Positions 50,401 to 59,555 of a DNA stretch of 64,000 bases are shown here, piece by piece (position 1 is the first letter of the stretch; each line of letters starts with the position of its first letter). Made by a program: the position numbers and the translations under genes. The stretch comes from a virus, in the IMG/VR virus record IMGVR_UViG_3300026488_000011, positions 96,001 through 160,000 of that record. One strand, 5' to 3'. Under the pieces are notes generated by a model that worked only from the letters and a program-made list of their open reading frames with translations, was not told where the DNA came from and searched no databases.

Positions 50401-50896
50401 AGGTGTCGTCACCTTTTAAATTCTCATAATTACCACCTGTACCATATAACCTAATAATATGTCCGTCAACGTTAAATTTAGGATTATATCTTCTAGTATT
50501 AAAATGTTCTTCGTGTAATGGAAACGCTAATGAGTTTTTTAAATACCTATCAGAAGGATAGCTTTTGGTATGTATAAATGTTTTAGACCCATACGCGTCT
50601 TCTTTTAGAAAATTAGTGAAGTCACTTTCTTCATCTATCTGACCTGTACCAGCATATATCTTTTTTCTATCTTCTCTGAGATGATCATATTCTGTTTTCG
50701 ACATAGCTTTTACTGTAACTTCTGATAGTTCTTCTTTTATCTTAGCTATATTTGGTAAGGTATACTCCATAACGTTACCCAGTTTGTCTTTAACAAGCCA
50801 TCTAATATCTTTTTTCTCTCTAGTGTCTAATAAATCTTGTAAAGTTTCTGAGATATTGATTATGTTCTCTGAAATTATTTTCCAAGGCAATCCCAT
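47450..50896 (-). CDS. Tail fibre / receptor-binding protein with LPW N-terminal module and carbohydrate-binding-like domain (1148 aa)
   Basis: N-terminus shared with 53925-54776 and 62714-63439; NLFKDPAFEE...GVKYRVE CBM-like segment; followed by chaperone-like genes. Confidence 0.65.
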   Translation of the reverse strand: MGLPWKIISENIINISETLQDLLDTREKKDIRWLVKDKLGNVMEYTLPNIAKIKEELSEVTVKAMSKTEYDHLREDRKKIYAGTGQIDEESDFTNFLKEDAYGSKTFIHTKSYPSDRYLKNSLAFPLHEEHFNTRRYNPKFNVDGHIIRLYGTGGNYENLKGDDTWNGNTFGIKLPDAVSVDKIISDLRNIEADINHGDVVLVKADGVNLFKDPAFEEELGTNWIPYTGTTLEVTDGSIIVKDADMYHGFYQKVSIMPGVKYRVEIDVDFMDSDNYEAYVWLGSSGRNGEYYTRPKATEGPNGKLIVEFVATNYVEIIQFQVHTLSSEKPLGDVKFTNPRLTVLEDVLVVNNGDDLSVNSDMCDPSRGPTALIRSMYGNARKDLVFLEVWTEDIDKKDVVYRLGNVQWYGKDILDNGKLVQPNWFEGYEEYSLFGNWQNSGELIGYGYRWSYLTNEEKNKFISDPENNIFKDENGILKQVRYRIRVIKGVSNFFKKVDALVEGSAYNGPLSVFADKYYHVKPKGEKSHIDNDITKWTGDSFFPSTGVYLSSFYPGSFKSRHNDTHAVPLFLIQRRNNGIYHPVHNPNGTASYIENGKALSLSGYFDKIKRLADCFNSDHVAYYKPDTGESISETNYLGLDDKTGWYRTGETKSTILRPDNMPLDGAGEIDIVDLRRDGRNRTLEEIMTKTLRLHADGNINGYETPSDYIKVKVDLDSSRRKVKLGTRSVRLENDRINDMFPVFGSNINKPVYFYDINGNYLGFTKLQCANMARGTVSELILKEPAPENAYHVRIPIPNYTDATGYNKRVTTALLLGNLTSFKETYDYEAISGVSNTVTIKINDLVKVGDEYYMSIVDDITIDLDPEKEDYSNASRWYRVNDNGEEIYLAENELKANTEAYSLRKLITYTSSDELVFEMPYHVVYGYDSIHQILLRLPDGRIIEALKSDDDEHIWFSHSYSSVVYIKNVSREIDDIRELIAKGQIVVIYSRTADPLTVLQEGEIKRVNDVVYSSSTVYNHHFGALARILVDAKLDGGKYGLGASIKRNQTSVEVINRWPGYWLEHHEFDDSYGRPRHAVKFLPYIDLRYETLYQSYLFREQLNENITPDINRLRYDGSYIYKDYNNNNDEVIYGIKRIKLPYFKNKSGV

Positions 50897-50996
50897 TTTT
50901 TCTCCTTTATTATAATTATGTACCTATATACTCCAGTTTTGGTAAAATTAGTAAAATAAGTGGTTTAGGATGTATCATGGAATTTAGTTATTAATG

Positions 50997-51030
50997 TCAT
51001 AGACACGTCGATGGATCGACGTGTCTATGA
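50997..51030 (-). terminator. 16-bp perfect inverted repeat at gene end
   Basis: TCATAGACACGTCGAT-GG-ATCGACGTGTCTATGA overlapping the stop of 51025-53910. Confidence 0.6.
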
Positions 51031-53910
51031 TTGTTTCCTTGTTACATTGCTTACAAATGGTTCTATAATCTCTACTTCAGGTTCTTCTATAACTAGACCT
51101 CGTTGTACTGCCCTATATCCAGCAGGGTCAGTAAAATCTTTAAACGTAACTTCAACAGCGTCTACTGTTTCATCAGAGCTCGCTGGGGTTACTTTAACAG
51201 GTTTATAATCCAAAGGAAGTAAGGATATACTGTCATTCAGTATTTCTATCTTAGTAATAGCGCTGGTGACTGATTTTGATAACTCTAGTACCTGTTTACC
51301 TTCTGTAAATAAAGCTCTCACTTCTTCTTCAGTAAGTGCTCTATTAAAAATTCTTACTTGGTCCACAGTTCCGTGTGTGAGTCCGTCTGCATCATAGGTA
51401 GATTTACCTATAAATGATTTATCAGTTATCGAAGGCGTGCTTTCATCCAAAGATCTCGTTGTTATAGGTAACTTCTTGCCATCTAACCAGAGACCGTATT
51501 TTTCACCATCATATGTCAGAACTAGATGGTATATTCTATTAGCCTCTAGAGTTACTTTAAAGTCGGTCTTATCATCTATTATTCCGGTACCAGAATAATC
51601 ATCATTTTTCCTATGGTGTATACCTAGATAGTTAGTATCCGCAGCATGTCCAATAAGTAAATGAGCTCCGAAATCTATTACTCTAGACCAAAAATCATCA
51701 AATTTTTCGAACATAAAGAATGTGCTGATTGTAAAAGGATTTGAACCAGCAAAATTTGATGGATCAATAGGTATTTCTATATAACTCTCTCCGTCAAACT
51801 TAGCTGCTAGGCCACTAAAAACACCTACGTCATATTGTTCATTACCATTCCATGTACCGTTATAATTATTGTTAAGATCATCAGCAGTTTCATTATCGAA
51901 TGTATATGTAGCTATATTTGTTCCATCTCCAAGTAAGTCTGCTGTCCTAGCAGTATCTTCTACTTCCACATCTATTACATCCACTACTTCATCATCTAGC
52001 AATACCTTAATATTATTGCCTGGTTTAGGATTTTCCATTACCGTTACTTTAGTATCATCTACATTTATTACTTCTAATGTTCTTTTATACGGTAGATATA
52101 TTTGTTTAGGTAAAGCCGTTAAATTCAAAGATGTTGTGTCTAGAATGTTTCTTTGTTCGTGATATAATCTATATGCTTCGTCTTCCGTTATTGGTCTAGT
52201 AAATACACGTACCTGATCGACAAGACCACTAAAATAAAATCTATCTCCTTCTTCTTGTCTACCGATATTCGTATTATAATTTGCTACTTCATATCCAGCT
52301 TCGATACTGTCTATAAGTTTTCCGTTATACCACATTTTTAAATTTGTTCCATCATAGCTCATTATGACGTGATTCCATTTGTTAGGAATATTTTCTACGC
52401 TTATCCAATTTCTATTTCCTCCTTTAGCGACAGCACAAGCGATGGTATTTTCTCCAAAGGATCTTATTGAAAATCCGGAATCACCTCCATCGGACTGATC
52501 AAATATAGCAGATTCTGAGTTTATTATATCGTCCACAAAATACCATAAACTAATAGTAAAATTATCGCCTAAGAGGTTTCCTAAGTTTTCTAAGCGTATA
52601 TAACTATGTGTAAATTTAGCGGCTAAACCATCGAAAACTCCTGCCTCATATTGTTCGTCACCAGTCCATGTACCATTGTGTCTACTACTCAGGTCGTTAG
52701 CAGTTCGGTCATCAAACGTATAAGTAGCTAAACAACTATCGTCCTTAAATAAATCTAGAACGTTCGTAGTATATACTTTGTCCATTATTTTAGGTTTTAT
52801 CAAGTCGCCGTCTATATTTACTACAGGTTCGGATTCTAAGTCTTCAAATACTGCTAATCTATTTTTAGTCAGATCTGTGTTTTCTAAATCTATTTTCAAA
52901 TATCTTCTTAATTTGTTTAGTTCTGTATTATTATCATAACCAGTGCCTAATGTCATATATACATCGGTACCTAAAAATGCTTTATTAACATTTGAAATAA
53001 AGTTAAGACCACTGACATCAAGCTTTTTAGATTGCTCTGCATAGAGTATTTTTACCTCGTCCTCTGTGAGTGGTCTGTTAAAGATACGTACTTGATCGAT
53101 AAGACCTACTAGTTTATCATTATTACCAGTCCAGCCTATGTAGATATTGTAGTCCTCAGTACCTTCTTGTCCTAAATCACTACTACCTATTCTGACTCCA
53201 TTTATATATAGTGTTTGTCTTCCGTCTTCGTATATACCACATATATGTGTCCAATCAGTAATAATATCATTAATTCCAGTATATTTTACACAGTAATAAT
53301 CAGCGCCCCCAGATGATACTAGTTCTAGTCTGTTTTCTGATTTATACCAGAATAAAGACAACGAACTTCTATTATCGGCATTACGATATCCGAAAAATTC
53401 TACATGGTCGTTATTGACACTAGGATCTGCTTTTATCCATAATGAAAACGATTTATTGTTTACAAGCTCATAAGTTTTATAACCAGTATCAATATAGCTT
53501 TCACCATCGAATTTAGCAGCTTGTCCATATTTACCTGCATCATATTGTTCATTACCATTCCATACACCATTATAATTACCGCTTAAGTCATTTGCGTTGC
53601 CATCAAACGGATAAGTAATTATACAACTCTTATCTTTAAATACGTCTAAGATAGAGGGTGTATTGAGTTTAACAGTCTTATCATTTACATTTTCTAATAG
53701 ACGTCCTTCGCTATTGCTTACTAAGAATAGTTTATTAGGTAACTCTAAATCTTTATCAAAATACACAGCATCTTTAGTTGTAGTCAGTAATGGTATCTCT
53801 TTTGGTCTAATGTTTACTTTATTGTCTCTTAAACTTATCCAATCAGACTGATCTAATTCCTGTGTTACAGGCTTTTCAATCCACTGAGAGAATTTTTTTA
53901 AACTTCTCAT
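51025..53910 (-). CDS. Virion protein with three LamG/concanavalin-A-like domains (961 aa)
   Basis: Three repeats of Y.FD..A.DL..NYNG.W.G.EQYD.G...AAKFDG.SYI ... WxH ... G.IDQVRIFNR.LT..E. Confidence 0.82.
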   Translation of the reverse strand: MRSLKKFSQWIEKPVTQELDQSDWISLRDNKVNIRPKEIPLLTTTKDAVYFDKDLELPNKLFLVSNSEGRLLENVNDKTVKLNTPSILDVFKDKSCIITYPFDGNANDLSGNYNGVWNGNEQYDAGKYGQAAKFDGESYIDTGYKTYELVNNKSFSLWIKADPSVNNDHVEFFGYRNADNRSSLSLFWYKSENRLELVSSGGADYYCVKYTGINDIITDWTHICGIYEDGRQTLYINGVRIGSSDLGQEGTEDYNIYIGWTGNNDKLVGLIDQVRIFNRPLTEDEVKILYAEQSKKLDVSGLNFISNVNKAFLGTDVYMTLGTGYDNNTELNKLRRYLKIDLENTDLTKNRLAVFEDLESEPVVNIDGDLIKPKIMDKVYTTNVLDLFKDDSCLATYTFDDRTANDLSSRHNGTWTGDEQYEAGVFDGLAAKFTHSYIRLENLGNLLGDNFTISLWYFVDDIINSESAIFDQSDGGDSGFSIRSFGENTIACAVAKGGNRNWISVENIPNKWNHVIMSYDGTNLKMWYNGKLIDSIEAGYEVANYNTNIGRQEEGDRFYFSGLVDQVRVFTRPITEDEAYRLYHEQRNILDTTSLNLTALPKQIYLPYKRTLEVINVDDTKVTVMENPKPGNNIKVLLDDEVVDVIDVEVEDTARTADLLGDGTNIATYTFDNETADDLNNNYNGTWNGNEQYDVGVFSGLAAKFDGESYIEIPIDPSNFAGSNPFTISTFFMFEKFDDFWSRVIDFGAHLLIGHAADTNYLGIHHRKNDDYSGTGIIDDKTDFKVTLEANRIYHLVLTYDGEKYGLWLDGKKLPITTRSLDESTPSITDKSFIGKSTYDADGLTHGTVDQVRIFNRALTEEEVRALFTEGKQVLELSKSVTSAITKIEILNDSISLLPLDYKPVKVTPASSDETVDAVEVTFKDFTDPAGYRAVQRGLVIEEPEVEIIEPFVSNVTRKQS

Positions 53911-53924
53911 ATATCACTCCTTTA

Positions 53925-54776
53925 TTATGCTATACCGTCAGTTTCCGCAGTATTGTCCGGAATGTTTGAATCTATTATTTGCTGGTCAGCTTCTTCATTA
54001 ACGTTTACTATCGTTATGTTTAACACAGCAGGACTACTGGATAATTTACCAGGCGCGCTAGCGGTTACAGTAATTCTATCCGTACTATCTGCTTCTACTA
54101 TAGGTGCATTATATATAAAGTAATCACTCCCTGGATTATAATTTATCTTACCGCTCAGTACGTTGATCTCATATATATTATCACTGTCGAAGTTAGCGAT
54201 AGTATATTTCTCACTAGTATTTTCTACCGCCGTTGCGGGTCCGCTTATAACTGGTGTTTCTGTAATATACTCTCTAATTGCTCCGTCTACTAATTCCCAC
54301 TTAGCAATAGAGCCACCTTCATCGTCTTCAATTACTTTGGTAACTACATAGAGTTTTCTTTCTGAGTAATCTATATATAACGTACCTACCTCAGCTGTCA
54401 ATTTTTCATCGGGTGGAGTAGATCCAGCTAAAACAGAAAGATCATTGCTCTTATCAGTACTAGGTAAGATATCTAACCAATTACTACCATCGAAATAGAC
54501 CAATCTTTTCTTTCCTAAATCTAAATAATAATCCCCTGGTGCGATTGGAGCAGAGTCAGGTCTAGTTTCAGGAGGAGTATCGTAAGCACCTAAGTATCGT
54601 CTATTAAATATATTCACTATCTTACTTAAATTAGGTATTTCTTTTTCTGTAACGTTACCTAATTGGTCTCTTGTTATCCATAGTATGTCTTTATCATGTA
54701 CGGGATCTAGGAAATCATTTAGTACCTTACTAATATTGATTATATTTTCGGATATTGTCCTCCATGGTAATGCCAT
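53925..54776 (-). CDS. Tail fibre adaptor-like protein with LPW N-terminal module (283 aa)
   Basis: MALPWRTISENIINISKVL; GDYYLD...YFDGSNW; paralog of 62714-63439. Confidence 0.6.
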   Translation of the reverse strand: MALPWRTISENIINISKVLNDFLDPVHDKDILWITRDQLGNVTEKEIPNLSKIVNIFNRRYLGAYDTPPETRPDSAPIAPGDYYLDLGKKRLVYFDGSNWLDILPSTDKSNDLSVLAGSTPPDEKLTAEVGTLYIDYSERKLYVVTKVIEDDEGGSIAKWELVDGAIREYITETPVISGPATAVENTSEKYTIANFDSDNIYEINVLSGKINYNPGSDYFIYNAPIVEADSTDRITVTASAPGKLSSSPAVLNITIVNVNEEADQQIIDSNIPDNTAETDGIA

Positions 54777-54777
54777 T

Positions 54778-55107
54778 TTATTCTCCTTTACTCTGTTTAT
54801 GAACTGTTCCTGAAGTAAGTATTCTTATTTCCTGTTTTCTTGCCTCTAGTACCTTATCAATTAACTTTAACATAAAATCTGCTAAACCTATGTTTCTTAA
54901 TGTTCTCTCTAAGAACCAAAATACCACTACTACTGATGTTAGGAAAAACATATATTCCATATCTTTATCAGTAAACTCGTTTCTGTGGAAAATCATGTAT
55001 ATGAAAGTAGTTAACAATCCTATCGTAATAATAGGTCTCATAAAACCTTTTATTACTAAGAACCATTTAGGTTCATGTATTTCAGTATGGAACGTCTGTT
55101 GTGTCAT
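54778..55107 (-). CDS. Small 2-TM membrane protein (holin-like)
   Basis: MRPIITIGLL and second TM ending WFLER. Confidence 0.5.
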   Translation of the reverse strand: MTQQTFHTEIHEPKWFLVIKGFMRPIITIGLLTTFIYMIFHRNEFTDKDMEYMFFLTSVVVVFWFLERTLRNIGLADFMLKLIDKVLEARKQEIRILTSGTVHKQSKGE

Positions 55108-55609
55108 TGTTACTTCCTTTATTTGTAATAATTCTTTCTTTTACACTTTCGCCGTAGTAATCTATAATTAATTTATACAAACGGTTAGGCGAAATAGATG
55201 AAGGTTCTAAATACCACATTGGTTTAAAACCATCTATCTTCAAGGCATTCGCTACTGTCTCAGAGCAAAACCATCTATCTGATCTATCTTGTGTAGGTAG
55301 AATGAAACCTAATATTCCAAACCAATCATAAGGCTGGCCTTTGATGGATTCGTAAAACTCTATGATTCTATCTAAGTTTTCTACCGGTACCTTTAAGTAA
55401 TCCCAGTGGTCTTCATTGTACTTATGTGGTTTACATCTGACATGTCCATCTCTAGGCGATGAACTACACTGCATTAGTACATTATCTATATTTAGTAGAA
55501 TTTCCACATGACTATACTTTCCTTTAGTATACCATGCAATTAATTTATCTATCAGGGTAGCATCTTTACGATCAGCTTTATAAAAAGCTATTGTGACATA
55601 TTTTTTCAT
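55082..55609 (-). CDS. Permuted papain-like (NlpC/P60, YiiX-type) protein
   Basis: YSHVEI...YDWFGILG...RWFCSE (His before Cys, permuted order). Confidence 0.7.
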   Translation of the reverse strand: MKKYVTIAFYKADRKDATLIDKLIAWYTKGKYSHVEILLNIDNVLMQCSSSPRDGHVRCKPHKYNEDHWDYLKVPVENLDRIIEFYESIKGQPYDWFGILGFILPTQDRSDRWFCSETVANALKIDGFKPMWYLEPSSISPNRLYKLIIDYYGESVKERIITNKGSNNDTTDVPY

Positions 55610-55662
55610 TATTTATCCTTTACCATTAGGTAATTAATAATCACTGAAATGTTAAATAAAGT

Positions 55663-55692
55663 AGACTATCAGGGATTAATCCCTGATAGTCT
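55663..55692 (-). terminator. 30-bp perfect palindrome at gene end
   Basis: AGACTATCAGGGATTAATCCCTGATAGTCT spans the stop of 55676-56371. Confidence 0.6.
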
Positions 55693-56371
55693 TTAATCTA
55701 AACGCCATTGCATTTCTAACAATAGGATATCCCCTATTCTGTATATATTTTCCGGTATACGCATCTAGCAGCTCATCGAAAAACTTGTAGTAAATATGTC
55801 TACCGGAAGTAAGGAATTTATCTAATTCTACTAAATCTGTTAATCTAGGTCCATAGTAAAACGTTAAATATTTTTTACCGAAAGAGATTTTTATCCATAA
55901 GAAATGTTTCTTACTACCGTCTTTTAATACAGCAGTGTACCATTCTTTTTCTATTCTACCTGACTTATACTTTTCTACTTTAAGATCTATTATATCTTCT
56001 GTTTTTAATCCGGTATTCAGTTCATAATTATGTATAGGGTTTCTCATTATGTTCCAAACAAAGAAGTCTATAAACGTGCCTCTGTACTTCTTTTTTAACA
56101 GATGAGGTTTGGACTTCAATACTAATGGATCGAAGAATATACCGTCTTCATCATTACCGTATATAGGTTTCAAGAAACTTGTGTTAATACTATATAGAGT
56201 TTGAAACTTATTCCAAATGCTATTATCTCTGTATCTGAATAAGTAAATGAACGGACTAAGTATATAACCCATTAGTATAAGAATTAGTCTAATAGGCAAT
56301 TCAAAAATTAGTTTAATATAAAAAATATACTTACTCACTGGTACCTCCTTCGCTAGTACTGGTTGTCTCAC
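55676..56371 (-). CDS. Hypothetical phage protein with N-terminal hydrophobic helix (231 aa)
   Basis: W..MRNP..N motif seen in phage tail/lysis-adjacent families (recalled). Confidence 0.55.
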   Translation of the reverse strand: MRQPVLAKEVPVSKYIFYIKLIFELPIRLILILMGYILSPFIYLFRYRDNSIWNKFQTLYSINTSFLKPIYGNDEDGIFFDPLVLKSKPHLLKKKYRGTFIDFFVWNIMRNPIHNYELNTGLKTEDIIDLKVEKYKSGRIEKEWYTAVLKDGSKKHFLWIKISFGKKYLTFYYGPRLTDLVELDKFLTSGRHIYYKFFDELLDAYTGKYIQNRGYPIVRNAMAFRLKTIRD

Positions 56372-56945
56372 TACTGTCGTCTGTTGTATATCCTAATGTT
56401 TGCTTTATCTGCTCTTTAAAATCGTCAAGACCATCTAGAATAAGTTGTCTTAAATTAACTGCTTCTAAATCTTCCATAGTTTCTGCTGCTTCTATAAGCT
56501 GTTCTGCTTCCCATTGTTTACCAAACGCATATCTTACATATAAAGCTAGTTCAGTGATTAGTGTGTCAGCTTCGTTTATGTCCATTACTACCATGTTTTT
56601 ATCGTAATCTCTAAAAATAGTGTTAGGACTACCTATTTTCTGATCTGTTCTAATACCCCCATCATAGAGCATCACATCTAATGGTGTGGATTGTAATTTA
56701 ATCCCTTTAATACTCTCGTATCCTTCTCCTAGTATTTCATCTAGTTCTTCTTGTATTTCATTTTTCTTATCTTCTTTATCTTGTGTTAAGTCTGCTATAA
56801 TAGTATTGGTTTCAGGATCCCATTTCAGAACACTGGCAGTAGGTATTACTCCTGAGTACGCTATGTAGCCAGGAGGAGTTAAATCGCCCTCCTGCGCAGG
56901 TAATATTTCTACTACAAGATCTCCGCTTACTTTAATAAAAACCAT
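56331..56945 (-). CDS. DUF4376-like tail fibre assembly protein (204 aa)
   Basis: DKEDKKNEI...IFRDYDKNMV...KQWEAEQLIEAAETMEDLEAV. Confidence 0.55.
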   Translation of the reverse strand: MVFIKVSGDLVVEILPAQEGDLTPPGYIAYSGVIPTASVLKWDPETNTIIADLTQDKEDKKNEIQEELDEILGEGYESIKGIKLQSTPLDVMLYDGGIRTDQKIGSPNTIFRDYDKNMVVMDINEADTLITELALYVRYAFGKQWEAEQLIEAAETMEDLEAVNLRQLILDGLDDFKEQIKQTLGYTTDDSSETTSTSEGGTSE

Positions 56946-56957
56946 GATTTCTCCTTA

Positions 56958-58778
56958 TTAATAAATATTAGGTAGTTTTATCTTATTAGGATAAACAACA
57001 GGTACTTTACGATACGGCGATAGTATGTAATCGTCGTTTCCTCCCCAAACATATACTTCGTTGTTATTAGTAACTAAAAAACATGCAAAACTATATATGC
57101 CAGCAGGTACTTTAGCAAAGAACTTAATCTCATCGCCTCTAACCGGTACAGGTATCTTAACATATTGTAGCATATTGGTATTAACACCTATACCTAATTG
57201 GTAACGACCGTTATATCCAGTGCCATATATTCCATCCTTCTTGACGATAAAACTCTGATTAATATGGCATTCCTTAGGATGGTGTTCTTGATTGTCTAAT
57301 ATCTTTATTACATCTGTAGCTACAGCTACCGGAGTAAGTTTCTTACCTTTTGATCCGTAACCTACCTGACCGTACCCGGAGTAACCCCATGAATATAGCA
57401 CACCATCATCTCTCAGTGCTTTAACACATGAATAACCAGCTAATGCTATGTCTATAAAACGACCTGTCAAATCTAATGGTTCTACAGGTGTGTGTTGATC
57501 TGTGGTATTATTAGTTCCGCAGAAACCTTCTCCATTATAACCAGCTGATAGAATCTTAATTTCTCCTGTATTAGGATTTTCTATTAACATCGCTACACCG
57601 TTTACGGAGTTACCTATCTTATTGTTAAATGCTACTATCTTTTTAACAACAAATCCATCTCTTATCCAGTAGTCTGTTACATCTACGAATGTAGTAACCA
57701 ATCCTTTAGTACCGTTACCGAACTGACCATTACCATTAAATCCTGTCATTAGGATTCTACCATCTTTTCTCAAGGCTATAGTAAAACCATATCTAGTTCC
57801 AATGTTATAAATTTTCTCTACTTCAGTACCTAAATATTCTATTTTTGTAAAACTAGCTCTATCTCTGGTATCGCTTAATCCTAAGGCTCCATTATCATTA
57901 AAACCTGCTCCATAGATATAACCATCTGATTTCTTAATAAATAGTCTATTATAATCAGGTTCATAGTTCCAGTTAGTAGGATCGTCGAAAACATCTACTA
58001 CATTTGTCGCTACTAATGTAGGAAATCTGATTACATTAGAATGCCCTGCACCGCATTGTCCTCTGGTATTTTTACCCCATGCATATAAGTTTCCATTCTC
58101 TAGTAATACATAGCTATTAGTATAATTATGGTATCCTATCTTTTTGATAGGTACATCTCTTTCAGGTATTAGTAATTGTTGTAGTGCTTTTACGCTGATG
58201 TCAGCTACTTGATTAGCTGCTCCTCTACCAGAAGTAGGATTCAAAAATCCTGAATTACCGCCAGCTGCTACATATGCCTTACCATTTACTTTAAAGGTAA
58301 TACCGTGTATACCGCCTTTTACGTCTTCTATAATATGTTCAGTACCTGTAATTAACCTCTGTAACTCTTTCGGATCAATGTTTTGTAATGCCTCTATTAC
58401 AGGATTACCGTCTATTATTTCTTCCTTGGTAAAAACGTTGTCTCCGTTTAATCTATGTAACCTTAATTCTCCAGATTCAAATATTCCTAAATAATAGAAT
58501 CTAGGATCGAGCTCTACTTGATCTACCACATTTATTAGTTCACCATTTAGTAAGATCCTGTAGTCTTTTTTATTTGTCTTAGGTTTTAGTAAAATATAAC
58601 TACCATCTTCTTTACTTACCTCTGACAATGTTCTTAGTTCGATTATTGTAGTATCGTCGCTAGTATCGAGTATGGCTTTACCTAATGCTATTTCGGTGCT
58701 GTCTATAAATCTATCGCCAAACTTTAAAGATTTTTTGTCATCTACAAAGATAGTATTGTTATTAATTCCTAAACTCAT
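56958..58778 (-). CDS. RCC1/BLIP-II beta-propeller tail protein (606 aa)
   Basis: Repeats LYAWGKNTRGQCG, YGAGFNDNGALG, MTGFNGNGQFG, YSWGYSGYGQVG, YGTGYNGRYQLG. Confidence 0.85.
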   Translation of the reverse strand: MSLGINNNTIFVDDKKSLKFGDRFIDSTEIALGKAILDTSDDTTIIELRTLSEVSKEDGSYILLKPKTNKKDYRILLNGELINVVDQVELDPRFYYLGIFESGELRLHRLNGDNVFTKEEIIDGNPVIEALQNIDPKELQRLITGTEHIIEDVKGGIHGITFKVNGKAYVAAGGNSGFLNPTSGRGAANQVADISVKALQQLLIPERDVPIKKIGYHNYTNSYVLLENGNLYAWGKNTRGQCGAGHSNVIRFPTLVATNVVDVFDDPTNWNYEPDYNRLFIKKSDGYIYGAGFNDNGALGLSDTRDRASFTKIEYLGTEVEKIYNIGTRYGFTIALRKDGRILMTGFNGNGQFGNGTKGLVTTFVDVTDYWIRDGFVVKKIVAFNNKIGNSVNGVAMLIENPNTGEIKILSAGYNGEGFCGTNNTTDQHTPVEPLDLTGRFIDIALAGYSCVKALRDDGVLYSWGYSGYGQVGYGSKGKKLTPVAVATDVIKILDNQEHHPKECHINQSFIVKKDGIYGTGYNGRYQLGIGVNTNMLQYVKIPVPVRGDEIKFFAKVPAGIYSFACFLVTNNNEVYVWGGNDDYILSPYRKVPVVYPNKIKLPNIY

Positions 58779-58789
58779 ATTTACTCCTT

Positions 58790-59485
58790 TTAGATTATTT
58801 TAAGATATGCATTATCTGCTACAAATAGACTATCAAACCTAATGGGACCTACTAAGGTTCTATTATATCCCTCTTCTACTCTAATGGTAGAAAGGTATGC
58901 AGGATTAACTACACCAGCGTTGTTTTCATCTATAGCCATTCCTCCCTCTATCCTTATACCATTTTTGAAAATTACAGTATCCTCAAATGTTTTAATACCT
59001 CTAATATCATCGTCTTTATCTATTGTAACAAATTCTTCTCTTCTAATAGAAAAATCGAAGTCGGTAGGGACTATCTGACCTAATATATAAGGTAGGTCTA
59101 ACCAGTGGGTAATACCGTCTCCTAACTTAAACCTAATTTGCTCATCGTCCAACTCAATACCTAACTGATTATTACCTAATACAGGATTAGTAGTTTCCCA
59201 AACTTCTCTGGTGTATTTCATTACTTCTAAAGTTAAGGGACTAGGAGATATGATGTATATCTTATTATCACTATTTTCTACGTCTATAGGTACCGTATTA
59301 TCCGTCACAGGTTCTAAGTTTCCTGTTTTTAAGTCATTTTCTAAGTTAGTAGAAACGAAATTTCTTACTACTATATAAAGATCATCTTTTTCGGAATCAG
59401 TAATTATAGTGTCTTTTCTATATGGTGTATTTGGTGCATATACCGGTATACTACTAGTACTACCGGAGTATATGATTTGTGCCAT
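58790..59485 (-). CDS. Tail protein with Mtd_N/hyaluronidase-N-like module (231 aa)
   Basis: WETTNPVLGNNQLGIELD...FKLGDGITHWLDLPY. Confidence 0.7.
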   Translation of the reverse strand: MAQIIYSGSTSSIPVYAPNTPYRKDTIITDSEKDDLYIVVRNFVSTNLENDLKTGNLEPVTDNTVPIDVENSDNKIYIISPSPLTLEVMKYTREVWETTNPVLGNNQLGIELDDEQIRFKLGDGITHWLDLPYILGQIVPTDFDFSIRREEFVTIDKDDDIRGIKTFEDTVIFKNGIRIEGGMAIDENNAGVVNPAYLSTIRVEEGYNRTLVGPIRFDSLFVADNAYLKII

Positions 59486-59523
59486 GTCTACTCCTTACTA
59501 TCACTTGTTCAAAAGAACTTATA

Positions 59524-59555
59524 GATTAATAGGAGACTATTGTCTCCTATTAATC
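59524..59555 (-). terminator. 14-bp perfect inverted repeat at gene end
   Basis: GATTAATAGGAGAC/GTCTCCTATTAATC. Confidence 0.6.

Noticed and set aside
58790-59485. Diversity-generating retroelement suggested by the Mtd_N-like domain
   Set aside because: No reverse transcriptase or template/variable repeat pair differing at adenines is visible in this window.
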